Positions 1 through 14,527 of a stretch of 64,000 nucleotides of DNA are shown here, in pieces; position 1 is the stretch's first letter, and each line of letters starts with the position of its first letter. The DNA comes from Parasitella parasitica NRRL 2501 (lineage: Eukaryota; Fungi; Mucoromycota). The translations under genes and the position numbers were made by a program. Location of the stretch: assembly GCA_025201805.1 (NCBI GenBank), contig MU619242.1:329507-393506 (forward strand), written 5' to 3'. Below the pieces are notes generated by a model. It had not been told where the DNA came from. It was given only the letters and a program-made list of their open reading frames with translations, and did not search any database.

Positions 1-796
1 GAAATCAACAGTCTGATAATGGACCAATTCCCTGGAGAATATGTTGAATTCCTTAGTGCTGATTCTGCAGACGATGAAAGTCGGTCCATGCTATACCCAG
101 TTGAATACCTAAATTCTCTCAACCCAGGCTCATTACCACCTCACTGTTTAAAGTTGAAGGTTGGCTCACCTATAATGATGCTCAGAAACCTTTCACCTAA
201 AACTGGTGTATGCAATGGCACTCGATTGATATGCAAGTCATTCAAAGCACACATTATTGAAGCAGAAATAGTAACAGGCCCAAACAAAGGGGCTACATTC
301 TTAATTCCCAGAATTGATGTATTCTCAAATGAAGCACAAACAACAATACCTTTCAGAAGAAGACAATTTCCGGTTAGACCGGCATTTGCCATGACCATCA
401 ACAAGGCCCAAGGTCAAACTCTCGACTTTCTTGGTCTTTTTCTCAATTCTTCCGTCTTCTCACATGGCCAGTTATATGTTGCTTTCTCGCGCATTAAGCA
501 GCCATCTTTAATCAAAATTCTCTTGGATAGAAAAACCTCAACTATCAAAAACTATACAGGATCATACACCGATAACCTTGTATTCCATGAAGTATTCAAA
601 TAACTCTACTGCTTTCTACATTTTTTTTTCTATTGTGCCTTTCTACATCTATGTTATTATTCCTGTCTAACAGTATACTTTAAATTATAAATAACAACAA
701 TAAAAGAACATTGAATACTTTATTAGCATTTATAGAAAATTGAGCTCCCGATAGGGCGACGATGGCCGTCGTGAGCGAAGCGAGCAGGTCAGCTAG
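1..796 (+). mobile_element. Helitron 3' end (Rep/PIF1 helicase C-terminus, subterminal hairpins, CTAG terminus)
   Basis: Helicase ORF followed by GC-rich palindromes at 747-781 and CTAG at 793-796, then T. This is the canonical Helitron 3' end; the element is cut off by the window start. Confidence 0.85.
19..603 (+). CDS. PIF1-like Helitron helicase, C-terminal part (5' partial)
   Basis: Motifs GSPIMMLRNL, CNGTRL, RRQFPVRPAFAMTINKAQGQT, VFSHGQLYVAFSR. Confidence 0.92.
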   Translation: MDQFPGEYVEFLSADSADDESRSMLYPVEYLNSLNPGSLPPHCLKLKVGSPIMMLRNLSPKTGVCNGTRLICKSFKAHIIEAEIVTGPNKGATFLIPRIDVFSNEAQTTIPFRRRQFPVRPAFAMTINKAQGQTLDFLGLFLNSSVFSHGQLYVAFSRIKQPSLIKILLDRKTSTIKNYTGSYTDNLVFHEVFK

Positions 797-2207
797 TTTT
801 TTATAAAAAGTGACCAAACAAATGACCAATATTTCGTTTACGCGGGGTCCATCTCGCTCTGTGAGGCTTCCAGTCGCTGAAATAAATGAAACTTTATTGT
901 ATTTTTACAGTGTGAACTGATCATCACATAAAAAGAATCTCCCTAAATATTATGAATATGAACTTCACTAGTTTTGTATAAAGACATATTTATCATGTAA
1001 TATTACATAAATGGAATGAACCAAAAAGAGCTCATTTTTGAAATGCAACATGTAGATACCTATTATTGCTATTTTCGGGAGCGATGGAGGCAATATAGTA
1101 TAACACCTTAAGTGAAAAGAGCATAGTGTGGTAAAAAGTGCAAAAACAACGATATATACAATTTATTTCCTTCTCTATTTTGGAAGTAGGATAATGTGCA
1201 TTGGTTAAACATTTCCACTCTATTTATGTTCGTTGTTGTAAACGGTCTGTCAGTCAGTTATGCCGTAACTGTCAGTCGGACCAAGTCAAGTACGGTATTC
1301 TAATATCGATATTTCTGACACATTTGTAAATGACATGCACGGACCAGTCCTTACATTGGTCTATGCGTCCCAAATGTGATTTGTGATTCGATTTCTTTTT
1401 GTTGGTTCTTAATTGATTATAAATGCTTTGTGGTCTCACGGCTAGATATTTAGGTAATTTGTTTGTTAGCTTGATTTGGAACCTCTAAGGTAGTTCCGTA
1501 AGAGATGACATTCAATTACTTCTTTGTAGGAAGTTCTATTACTTCAGCACACATATTAGTCTATTATATTTTATACTGAAACATCTTTTTACTTACATAT
1601 TAACTAAAAAGCCAAGTATATTTGGTTCACTATTAGTTCTACCATAAATTTGGCAATCCCCGAAAAAGTGCTATGCTTTCAAGTCAAATATACGATCTAT
1701 TATACCCCGTAGTGCGTCAGAATAGGACTAATTAACCATATTCGAATCTTGTTAGCAACAAGACACACTTTGATAGTCATTCTCTCGCTGAATCTGATTA
1801 ACTTGTGCTAGATTATTGTCCTCAAGATATATCTCATGATTTGCAAAGAATACTACCGATGCAAGAAAATACATTAGCATAACTATTCTTAAAGATTTGA
1901 TCTCAAATAACCTTTGCATTGACTATCATGAAAAAAAAAAAAGAATTTCCAGCGAAACCAATTAACAATTACTAATAATTTTAGCAAATTAATCAAAGCA
2001 AAATCACAAAGTCTAAATGAACAAGAGAAAGAAATAAAAGTTGGCCCGAGACCAACGCGAAAAATCAGTTCGTTGGAAAACCAAAATTTGGGATGGAGGC
2101 TTTTTTGTAATTATTATAGTTGCACATGTGTGCGATGTAGTAATTTTTTATATAACATTAATAAATAAACAGTTTGTAAATCGTATAGACGACTTACTAT
2201 GTACTGA

Positions 2208-5200
2208 TTAAAAAATTAGCGGATTAAAGTGTTTACATGCTGAAGTAAGGAAACTGATACTGCTAGACATCTGATGAAACAACGGTATGTAAGGAAACTG
2301 CATCATTTGAGCAACAAGTGTCCATCGTTGATCCTCCAAAAGTATTGCTATTGCTGCTGCTGCCGTTAGTGTTACGGCTGTTATTAAAATGATGGTAGTA
2401 GGTCCTTCTTCTGCTTTTTCTTTTTCTATAAAACATTAGATATAAGGCCGTATGAATAGTGTATATATTTGGGTCATTCTACTTAGCATACCTGTCAAAC
2501 AAGTCGCACCATTCATTTAGTTGTATTTGATCAGGGACCTGAATTAGTATATCAAAATATCCAGTAGTGCCATACACCTTAAAAACGTAATTCCCTGCCA
2601 CATTTGAAAAGATGGAAGCATGGGAATAGCAAAATAATATAGGTTTCGATGAATCTTGCATGTCCTTTTGGTACGGTATAGTCAGCAATATTAACTTTAA
2701 ACAGTCCATTGTTTTACATACCGATTTGAATGATAAGAACGAAACTTGGGGTAGAAATGTAATATACTGCATCTGCCATCTTCCCAGGAAGGGGAAATAT
2801 CTGAATACAAATTGCACCGGTAGTTTATCCTTCGAAATCGAAATGATTGTATAAGGAAACGTCTGTTGAACAAGTTATATACAATTGAATTACCTTGTAG
2901 ACTTCCAAATGATTCAATGAGTCTGTCACTACAATTTCATTTTTGTCATTTAAAATGTCGTCGGAAGCTGCTAGAATATGATTCATAGTCAGTAGCTGCT
3001 TGTCGTACAAAGTTTTTTCATCATCTTGTCGCTCGCTATTGTTTGCCGCTGACACAGAAATAGCATTATTCTTTTTCTTGGGAAACAGAATTTTAAATAT
3101 CTTGGGGAAAAACAAAACACACAGTGAGAAGGAGCTGGCCCAAATTATCGTCATTGCGGTGAGAAAGTATCTTGTATAGAAATCCGATGTGGGCATGAAA
3201 AATATTATGGTCCCAATCAATGCTGAAAAAAAGATGTTGCTGCAAGAAGCATTAGACGACTTTTTGTCTGTGAAAATTACAAGAGTATACACGTACTAAA
3301 CAGACAGACCCAGCTGTTTGTGTTCACTATATTTTGAATAGCCACCAAAACTCTTTGTTTTGAGAGCCAAGAATACAGACAAGCATAATTGAATGCCTGC
3401 AGAAAATGCCAGCAGACCGATGAAAAAGATATGTCCTGGGCCGTCGTAGACACAAGAATTAAGGCTAACAGTAGGTGACATGGGGATGGCAGAGAGCTTC
3501 ACATTATCAAATAAGCCAAGCCAGCATACTAAGATTAACTAGGAGTTGTATTAAAAAAAAGATAGTATTATTTTTATGCCACCCGCAAAAATAAACTTAC
3601 TGTGTTAAAGGCCAAGATAGAACAAGAGATCTTGAGTAACTTTACATTGCTATTTTCGGAAGTGGAAGCTTCTTTGGCGTATATATTATTAATAGTTTTA
3701 TAAACTCTGTAATTTCTTGAAAACATGGTGCTTAGAATAAGAGATAGCCCTATGTAAAACGTCGATGGCAATGTGAAGCATGTATAGATGGAGTAACTGC
3801 TAGCAAAAAAGAATGGAACCGAGATATAGGACAATAATAGTCCGAGCAGTTCTAATATGCAAAAGATGGGACTAAAATGTGATTGATTAACATATGAGTT
3901 GTTAGATTGCGATATAGCATACCTTGAAGATTTGAATACGGGATGATATCTGTATTTTATTACCATCATTAAAATACTAAGTGTTGTTACTATGCCAACC
4001 ATAGCTAGGCTTACAGTTGCAATGGATATTGGCAGAGTGATACCGCCTTTAATAATAGTCAATGAAGGTATTCCTGACGGAGGCTGATCCGTGTTTTTGG
4101 TTAACGTCTGTTTTATGTCATAAATAATCTCAAAATATACCTTTGTTGTTCCATCAAAATAAACGGGGTCCATAGTCAAGCTAAATGTTCCATTTAGCAC
4201 CTTACCTATTTCTTGCAGAGAACCATTCTGGAAATTGAAAATCTTGAAATTTCTTCGTGTATAAAATTTGATGGAACGTTAATAAAGATTTTTATGTGAA
4301 AAAAATTCAAGGAAAAATACTTACCCAGTTTCCACGTCGCCATTTTTATCAAACAAAGCAGGACCTTGAGGACCAGTAAACCCAGTATCATTAAAGATAG
4401 ACAGCGTATAGCGGGGTAATAGCTGTCCTAATGCTAGTTCTTGCAACGTGTAATTTGCGTCTACAGCATCTCGGATAATTTGGCCAAAACCATGAGCCAT
4501 GACCATCATGCAAGAATAAGCTAGTCTAAGGTATACCGGTTATGGACAGATTTTTTTTATATAAAATGGATGCCATACATACCCTGACTGATAAACTGAA
4601 TTTGCAGATGGGTCAAATCTGTAATGGTTACATTTTAACACATCATAAAATGCAAGGCATCCAATAACTTACTGTAATAGTTTTTGCTGAAACATGTCAT
4701 ACGGTGGATATCCCACTAAATTTGTTTGCTGTTCAAATATAAAGACACCGCCAGTAAACAAATCCTCCATCGTCAAGTAATTCAAGCGTTGAGTATTCCA
4801 AGCTACTTGCTCAATAGCATTTTTATATGTAGTGGTGCTATTCTGATTTACATTGATAGTTCTTCTGTGTATAATGTCGTTATAGACTTGGATATAAGCG
4901 TTCAATTGCTGGGAAATGGAGACTGAATTACCGGCAGTGAGCCATACTGTGTCCTTATTTACATGACCTGCAGCAGCAGCTATGAATAAAGCCATTGCCG
5001 CACTGTCATCCATTGCGATCAATATAACCCGTGAACCAAGACTCATTAAGGCATCGATGGAGGCATGAATATTATTTGAATTACCCCTATCATAGTAGCT
5101 TTGGGAGGATTTTACCATAATGCCGTCGGTCTTTTTAGTTTTTGAAATAACATTCTGGACCACTATGATGCATAAAAAGAATGAGCATTGAATTTTCTAG

Positions 5201-5921
5201 ACTTTTTTTTTTTTTCATGTAAAACCAACTTGAAAGACCCAGGTCAGAATCTGTGTACAAGACGCCCATCGTAGTCCAATTTTGGCCGAGGACAAATGAT
5301 ATCACTGTATCAATATGCAACAAGTCTGTTGGCACTGTGCGAAAAAAGAAATCGTATTGCGCTTTATCAGCCAGGGACACTAGCACAAAGAGCGTGAGTA
5401 TTCCATATGCAATATGATGGTATAATATTGTACCGGCTGTTGCTGAGTAGGAACATTGTGGTATTTCTAGAACGCTTGTCATTAATGTTGATAATGTCGT
5501 GAATGAATTGGACATGTCACCAATGATGCCTATGACACCTTGCTGAATCAAGGAAGCCACAGAGTAGATGGTGTGTGCGATGGTAGTGGATGAGGTTTGA
5601 TCCTGCTGCTGTTGCTGCTGCTTTATTGGAAGATTACCGACGTCTTTTTCTATCAATGTCACATATGAACCAGGAATGATACCCCATTGATTAATCTCGT
5701 TTACAGCCATTTGAACACCTGACAATCCCCTAAATAGAAGTCGTTGGTCCATTACATAATGCTTTTTGGCTGAATCAGTAGCCTTACTGCTTCGTATCAT
5801 TATGGACTAAAATTCCAATTTTAATTTCTACCTTGTTATCGTTGACGTTGATCGTTTTAGTATCACCTGCTGACGAAATGATGGTGTTATTGCTGATCAC
5901 CTGCAGGCTATCCATCGACAT
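2208..5921 (-). CDS. Class C GPCR-like protein: Venus flytrap (ANF-receptor) ectodomain + 7TM_3 + cytoplasmic PH-like domain; multi-exon, ends approximate
   Basis: Spliced exons give EIKIGIL..MAVNEIN, GVIGIIGD, IPQCSYSAT, YDFFFRTVPTD, WTTMGVLYTD, FTGPQGPALFDKNGD. TM motifs follow: KSSSPIFC, RNYRVYK, LALKTK..KYSEHKQLG, LFFPKI. No Cys-rich linker, hence GABA-B-like. Confidence 0.8.
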
Positions 5922-5964
5922 TTATTGAGACTAAAAACAAAATCAAAAAGCAAAAGAGAGAAAT

Positions 5965-6004
<40 letters not shown>

Positions 6005-6426
6005 TTACTTTGATTGAGTTCAAGATTTAGAATATATACATATGTCCATTTATTAAGGAGCATGGTACTAGAAAGGGAGCAATGCACTGTATTCAAGAAA
6101 AGCTGCTCCTACACTACCAAATCAATCTTGACAATATGACTTTAGCCAATGAACCGATCTCAAAATAATGCAAACAAGGGGTATTCATGTACCTGAATTA
6201 CTGTTGTAGATGTATGTATGTATTTTTTTTTTCATTTATTTGTAATAAAAAGAAGAGGGTATACAAATCGTGCAATAGAATCTCTTCCAGTGGATTTTTT
6301 TTTTCGAGTATTTACAATTCAAAGCATGAAATTTTCTTGTTTATATGGGCTGACGTTGATAGCGAGACACACTATTGGTCAAAGATAAAGATAGTGCTGC
6401 AGTGGCAACGATTGGATGCCCTGCGT

Positions 6427-6893
6427 TTATGATGTAGTAGTATCAAATATAGAAAAATAGTTGAAATAAGTAGGCTTTGCAATAGCTGTGGTTGTAATTG
6501 GAGGTAGAGATGTTGAGTTGGACAATAAATCAAACTTGGGTGGAGACGATAATTGGATAGACGAGCCGCAAGTTTGAGATGATGTTGCAGTTAAAGCTGG
6601 AGAGACTGATGCAGATGAATAGTTGGAATATGATATGTTTGGTTTGTGTGTATGGGTAATAGTATGGTTGTGGTTGTTGTTGGGTCTAGGAAAATCAGTA
6701 AATTCAGGGTATGTGTAACCTAGCAAAGGATGGTTTCGAAGAGCATCAGCACGAAGACATTGCTCGCTACAATAGAGTGATTCCTATGAAACCTTGTTAG
6801 CGTATCACACAAGGCAGGTAGACATACACATGTACTTACAGAGAAAGGGCTCACAGCATTGTCGCAGAATGTACACCAGTTAAGATCTGCCAT
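6427..6893 (-). CDS. Ecl1-family (life-span regulator) zinc-binding protein, 2 exons
   Basis: Spliced N-terminus MADLNWCTFCDNAVSPFS|ESLYCSEQCLRAD (CxxC...LYCSxxCxxxD) followed by a Ser/Thr-rich tail. Confidence 0.8.
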
Positions 6894-7652
6894 TGTTACT
6901 TGTTTTATATAATTGTTGTTGCTTATTAATGTTAATTTGACGACTGGAATTGTTCTTATCCACTATGACATCTAATAGCGATTTGTAGAAGAGAAGAGAG
7001 AAAGGAGAGTGATATGGGAAAGAAGAGGAAAAGAAAGAGGTAAGAAAACATTTCCCTTTTAATAGACATTTATGCTTTCAAAACCATTGATTTGGTTGGT
7101 TAATGAGAAATGATATAAATTGACTTTGTTCTTATCACATACCTTTGTAGGGGACGCACGTTTTTTTATCTGCGCTCCCAAGTTTCTTTGAATTGCTAAA
7201 TGGAGTAAATCTTGCAATACCAATGATAATATGCTATGGCTAGTGCGGATCAATGATGACAATATCTGGTGTACATCATTGGTTAAACTCACCAATGAGA
7301 AAATTTCTTTATTCATTTGGGATGCACTATCAGAGGTCTCCCCTTTTATCTTGCTCTCCCTTGATTAGCACTAACCCTTTCGTTATTTTGATGCTCGCGC
7401 ACGCCCCTTGATATTCCCATCCGATAAGCAGCGACGATACATGAAGAAATTCTATTAATAATATATGAAATGACAATGATTTGCTGTTTTTTGTTCGTCT
7501 AATACAATATCTTCATGGGAAATCATTCACGTGCGTTGCTCAACAAGGAAGGGCTCGAGCGCACCATTTGGAGTTGGAGAAAAAAAAAAAAAAAAAAAAA
7601 CATAATACCCAGAGTAAATGATGTAATCCAGGATTTGTCTTAAAAAGGGATT

Positions 7653-7832
7653 CACATCCAACAGAACACAACTTAAAACAGTTGCCATGATTGCACAATA
7701 TTATCTTTTGCTGTGCTAGTCAACTCTCATGGCTCCGTAGGACTCCAACTGAGATCTGATATTTTAGAAATATGCCCGCCATGCACAAACTGTTGTACGT
7801 TGTTAAATTCATCTGCAATTCTTGCAACGATC
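7653..7832 (-). pseudogene. Degenerate duplicated 3' fragment of the neighbouring RBBP4/HAT2 gene
   Basis: Nucleotide similarity to ~9250-9405 and 9482-9505, including intron sequence (VHGGH.SKISD.SW.P..PW.L.STA.DNIVQ region). Confidence 0.85.
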
Positions 7833-9151
7833 TCAGTGTGCTAGGTGTGATTAAAGCCTACACTTAACAGATTATTAGTCTTGGATTATACATCTTGTAT
7901 CAAGATGAAACTGATACCGATGAAAATTGCATACATACACTCACCTTTTGCATGTGTCGCTTTGATTGTAACGAAAATTTGGAACTGAAGAATGTATATT
8001 TTGGGGTATCATCTAAAATTCAGCTATATACGTCTTCCCCTGTTTGTTTATCAATGCTCACTTTCAATTCATATTTATGTCAGAAACACTTGATCCAAAC
8101 CGCTCAATTTAGCACATCCCTGCAAACCAAATTCAGATATTCGAGCATCTATAGCTTTGAACTTCAATTCTAGTATAGTTTAAGGTATTTTTGAGACGTT
8201 GAGGATCAGAAATCATTCTCGTCAAAGCATGCTTTCCAATCCATTCTCTTTTTATTTTAGTCAACAAATTCTTTTATTTAATCCACATCTTTCTTTTTCG
8301 CTTGTCTGAACTGTTGGCGATAGCTCTAAAGGCTCTCGCATGGATGAACTAAAAAAGCTGTTTAGCATATTTTCATTTATGCTTCATTGTAGATCAAGCC
8401 ACCATTTGTGTGTCATTATCAAGTGTATCAGATACGAATCAATATAATATCTCAACGTTGTTCATGCTTGTTTTGAATTATTTTCATCCTCTTTAATTGG
8501 CTCTATCATTCTTATAGTATATTAACTTTGGTTGTTTTCAGACACGCTAAACAATAATTCAACACTTCTTTCTTCATTTTGTGCCTCTGTTCAAATGCTG
8601 CCCTAGAGATTTCAAACAACATCTACGCTGTTGGATCATCTCTGTGCTACAAACTAAGAAAAGAAACTTTTTGTTTACTTGATAAGCATCCGAGCACAAC
8701 CATCTCTGATAGCAGTGTGTCTAAGAAGTTTTTTTTACTCGTAATAGAAAACTCTTGAATCCAACAGTCGGATGGTAATCTGTCTACATAGATTGCTTTG
8801 GACGTCTCACGAATAAGATTACCAACACATATTTGTCTTTGGCATTTTAGCCTATTCTATTATAGTTCAATTAGTATGAAAACAACGCTTTTATATTTGC
8901 CAATGTACCTAACAGCATTTTTATAATCAAGTTCATGATTCTTGAGTCTTGAAGCATTAGTTTAGCCATTAACTATGTTCAAGGTCTGCGCTTGTGTGGA
9001 ACAATGAATTGCAACTTTTAATTGTTAATTAATAAAAAAAAAATAACAATGCGTCAAACGATACGCAAAATCACTGCATTTACTAAACAGAATTGTATGA
9101 TACATCAATCTACGCTTTATGGAAATGTGTGATGAAAGGGTCTATTCTATT

Positions 9152-10899
<1,748 letters not shown>

Positions 10900-10952
10900 T
10901 GCAAAAAAAAAAAAAAAAGTGGAATCGAAAAGGAAAGGAAAAAACCTCGAAA

Positions 10953-10967
10953 ACGCGGTGCACGAAA
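10953..10967. promoter_or_regulatory. Adjacent MCB-core (ACGCG) and SCB-like (CACGAAA) boxes in the divergent RBBP4/RAM1 promoter
   Basis: ACGCG at 10953-10957 and CACGAAA at 10961-10967, ~55-70 bp upstream of the RBBP4 ATG. Confidence 0.35.
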
Positions 10968-11245
10968 CATTTCCAGAAGTGCACTTTTTTTTGTTTGCAT
11001 ATGAATGCTACGTTTGGGGAATTACTAGGCAATATCTGGCATAAGAACACTTGGAGTATGTCGCTTTAATCAAACACCAGATAATGGACAGTATCTGTAT
11101 GTTTTTCATTATGATGCAAGTTGGTTTTTGAGTGCCATTTCATTTGGGAGAACTGTCACGTGTAGCTTTGGCATTCTTTTTCGCCTCCTCCTCGTCCTCC
11201 CTGCTGCTCTCTTTTATTTATTACACTATTGTAAATCAGCATATC

Positions 11246-12744
11246 ATGGGCATACTTAATGGCAACATCCCTCTCAATAACTTGCGTTTTCAAGATGATA
11301 ATTTACCCTCTGACACATCTATTAAACAAGTGAGTGCATCCGAGAGTGGAAGTCTAGGAATCTAACATTTGTCCGTCAGAAAAGAACAGAGGAAACAGTG
11401 CTAGAAAAGTTTGTTCCTTATGCGCCCAAAAACCAAGACAGGTTATCTCTCGATGAGTTAGTAAATGACCACAAAGTTATATCTACAGCACCTCCTAAAA
11501 CTATGAAATAGAATACAATTGGAGCGTGAAAATCACATTGACTATCTGAAAAAAGGTTTGAGTGGCCTTGGTAGTTGGGGATCCAGTTTGGACGCCAGTA
11601 AGCCTTGGCTGGTTTATTGGATATTTCACTCTTTGGACCTGCTGGAATACAAGTTTGACGATGCTCTCATTGCCAGGTAACCTAGTAAACCAAGATGTTT
11701 GTGGCCAGCTACTAAAAATTACTGCATAGATCTATTGAAACATTCAAGAAATGGCAATCGCCTACAGGTGGATTCGGGGGAGGGTCAGATCAATTGGCTC
11801 ATTTAGCTACAACGTATGCAGCTGTGAATGCATTAGCAATTACTGGCACCAAAGAAGCCTATGATGTGTTGGATAGGTAAGCGTGCGTACTTGAGCGGCA
11901 GAAGGCAATGTGATTAACGTACAAAATGACAAGAAATACATTGTACGACTTTTTGTTAAGCATGAAGCAACCTGATGGTTCATTTACCATGCATCAAGGC
12001 GGAGAGATTGATATTCGAGGCTCCTATTGTGCTCTATCCGTTGCAGCTCTCACTAACTTGCTCACGCCCGAATTGACCGAGAATTGCATCGAGTTCATCG
12101 CTCAATCACAAACATACGAAGGGGGCATTGGCCCTTACCCAGGCAAAGAAGCGCACAATGGATATACGTTTTGCGGTTTAGCTGCCATAGAGTTACTGGG
12201 CGGATTTTCCGAATTGGACATTGAGAAACTAGTGCACTGGTGTTCCGAACGACAAATGGGGCTAGAAGGAGGATTTCAAGGAAGAACCAACAAACTGGTA
12301 GATGGCTGCTACTCTTTCTGGGGAGCAGGCGATTTTCCCATTATCCAAGCACATTTAAATGGCGAGGATTATCTGTTTGATCGAGAAGCTTTGCAGGAAT
12401 ACATCTTGATTTGCTGTCAGTCCGAGTATGGTGGACTTATTGACAAGCCAGGCAAAGGGGCGGATTACTATCACACTTGCTATTGCTTATCCGGCTTATC
12501 AGTCGCTCAGCATCAGCTAGAATTTCATCATCAAAACGAGGGGAAAAAAACGGGGCCCAGATCATTGATGTGGACATCCAAGAACGAGTATGTTATTGTG
12601 GGCAATGTCAACAACCTTTTAGCTGCCGCCCATCCAGTCCACAATATTACGATGCGTGCTGCAAGAGGTATAATGCAGTATTTTTATGCAAACGAGTTGG
12701 AAGATATCCAGTTACCCTTGGATGACGAACCAGAACTTGAATAA
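11246..12744 (+). CDS. RAM1: Protein farnesyltransferase beta subunit
   Basis: LDASKPWLVYW, GGFGGG..QLAHLATTYAA, GEIDIRGSYC, GFQGRTNKLVDGCYSFW, GGLIDKPGKGADYYHTCYCLSGLS. Confidence 0.95.
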
Positions 12745-12895
12745 AAAAAAAAAAAAGAGAGACATCTCCTCATATTCTTAGGAGTCCGCTTGTATGATGC
12801 TTGATGGCATAAAAGCAACTTTTTCTCTTTTCTACTCACTCGCTTCTTTTCTTTCTTTGTTTCTTTTAATACTATCGAAAACGCATATAACAACC

Positions 12896-13657
12896 ATGAG
12901 CCATTCCCCTAATTTAAGCGCCAAACCAGCAAAAGGGATTTTGAAAAAATCCAAACAATTTGGTGAACCAACGCGGTATATTGTCTACCAAATGCATGTA
13001 GCCGACTAGCTGTTAACAAAAAAAGTTTATCATCTGCATAGATTGCGCTGGGACGAAGCTAACCTAGAACTCACAGAATCACAAAAAGACTCAACCATGA
13101 AGGTAGATGAGCCAAAGACTCCCTATGTTCGATACGACGCTGAGAAGGATGAAGTCTTGAATTTAACCGGTGAGAGCCTTTTTTTTGTTTTTTTTTTTTT
13201 TTTTTTTTTGAAACCAAAAATCGAAAACTAAACGAGGGAACACAGACATTCCTGGCATTAGTTACAGAGGCTCTTCCTCTGACGAAATAGAAGAACTTAA
13301 TCTAGATGAAGGCGCCGAGTCAGACAAAAGTAGCGTTAGTGGAGAAAAATCACGCAGAAGAGTTTCAGTGAGCGATGACGATTGGGATATGGACGAAGAT
13401 GAAAAGACTGAAGAAGAACAGGAAGAAGGTTAGCTCTCTTTGGATTTTACATGTCAAGTTATTGAAAACATAGTGTAGCCAAGCAGAGGCACAAAGAGTT
13501 CCTTCGTCAGCGTAAAAATCATTATCATATGGGTGGTGCTTTACGCCATGAAACCGATGACAATGAAGAAACTGCCAACGTCACTGAAACAAAGGAAGCA
13601 ACCTCTGTACCTGAACTACCATCATTACCTAACCATGATTGTAAAATGAAAGACTGA
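12896..13657 (+). CDS. GLC8: Protein phosphatase 1 inhibitor-2
   Basis: [28 protein letters not shown] motifs across 4 exons. Confidence 0.9.
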
Positions 13658-14527
13658 GATAATACACCCATGACATTACCAGAACTACTGCATCATGTAC
13701 ATTTTTACTTTAAAGGATAAAAAAAAAAAGGTATTTTTTCAGCCATCAATTAGCTCCGAGGAAAGAGTAAATTCCATCAAAACATGCATGGTCATCACTA
13801 TCTGAGCATAACTTGATTTCCTTTGAGCGACCTGTCTACCAAAAGTCATCTGCAAAAACGGGGGGGGGGGGGTTGGAGGGTTTTTTATTCATAAATATCA
13901 GATACGGCCGCTGGGGGCAGTGAAGCATGTTGTTTAACGTGATGATCCGCAAAACGGCACGTAAGACATTATTAACTTGCAGCTAATCCGATCTTGTACC
14001 TGATTTTCTTCATCATTACACTTACATGAGAGCATCCTTCACCATCCACGAAAACTAATACTCAAGTTGTGATGGAAAGCCTCTTGTAGTCAGGGATTTC
14101 AAATAAATTTGGCACACTTTGTAACCTTTTGGAGGTTGGAGGTTGCTCATAATGCACTGCTTTTAAGGACAGGTAGAATATAAACTTCTTCTCCATTATC
14201 AAGCATTGCATTATCACAGCTGTGATGATGGACAGAGGGCCAGATCATCGCTCGCAAAGTGTACATATGCACAGCTTAAATAATGGGCTGTTGGCAATCA
14301 TCATTGAAAAAGGAAGCTGTTTAGACTTGCTCTTTGTCTTGCTTTTTGCACACATTAATGATACTAAAATCTTTCTTCCAAATGATTTGCTTCTACGTTT
14401 TGAAACCAACAACTGCTTTTCACACATAGTTGCCGCGCTGGGATGAGACAAGGTTTACGGTGTTTTCGATTTACGAATTTTGAACAAGACATCAAATGTT
14501 TATTGGCATGTACACTTTTCAAGTATT

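Noticed and set aside
1244-1290. Hairpin plus TCGGACCAAGTCA resembling the 3' end of the 191-bp unit
   Set aside because: Short gapped match of a size expected by chance; no extended alignment.
13739-14005. Possible box C/D snoRNAs (GTGATGA...CTGA on both strands)
   Set aside because: No convincing terminal stems or recognisable rRNA-complementary guides.
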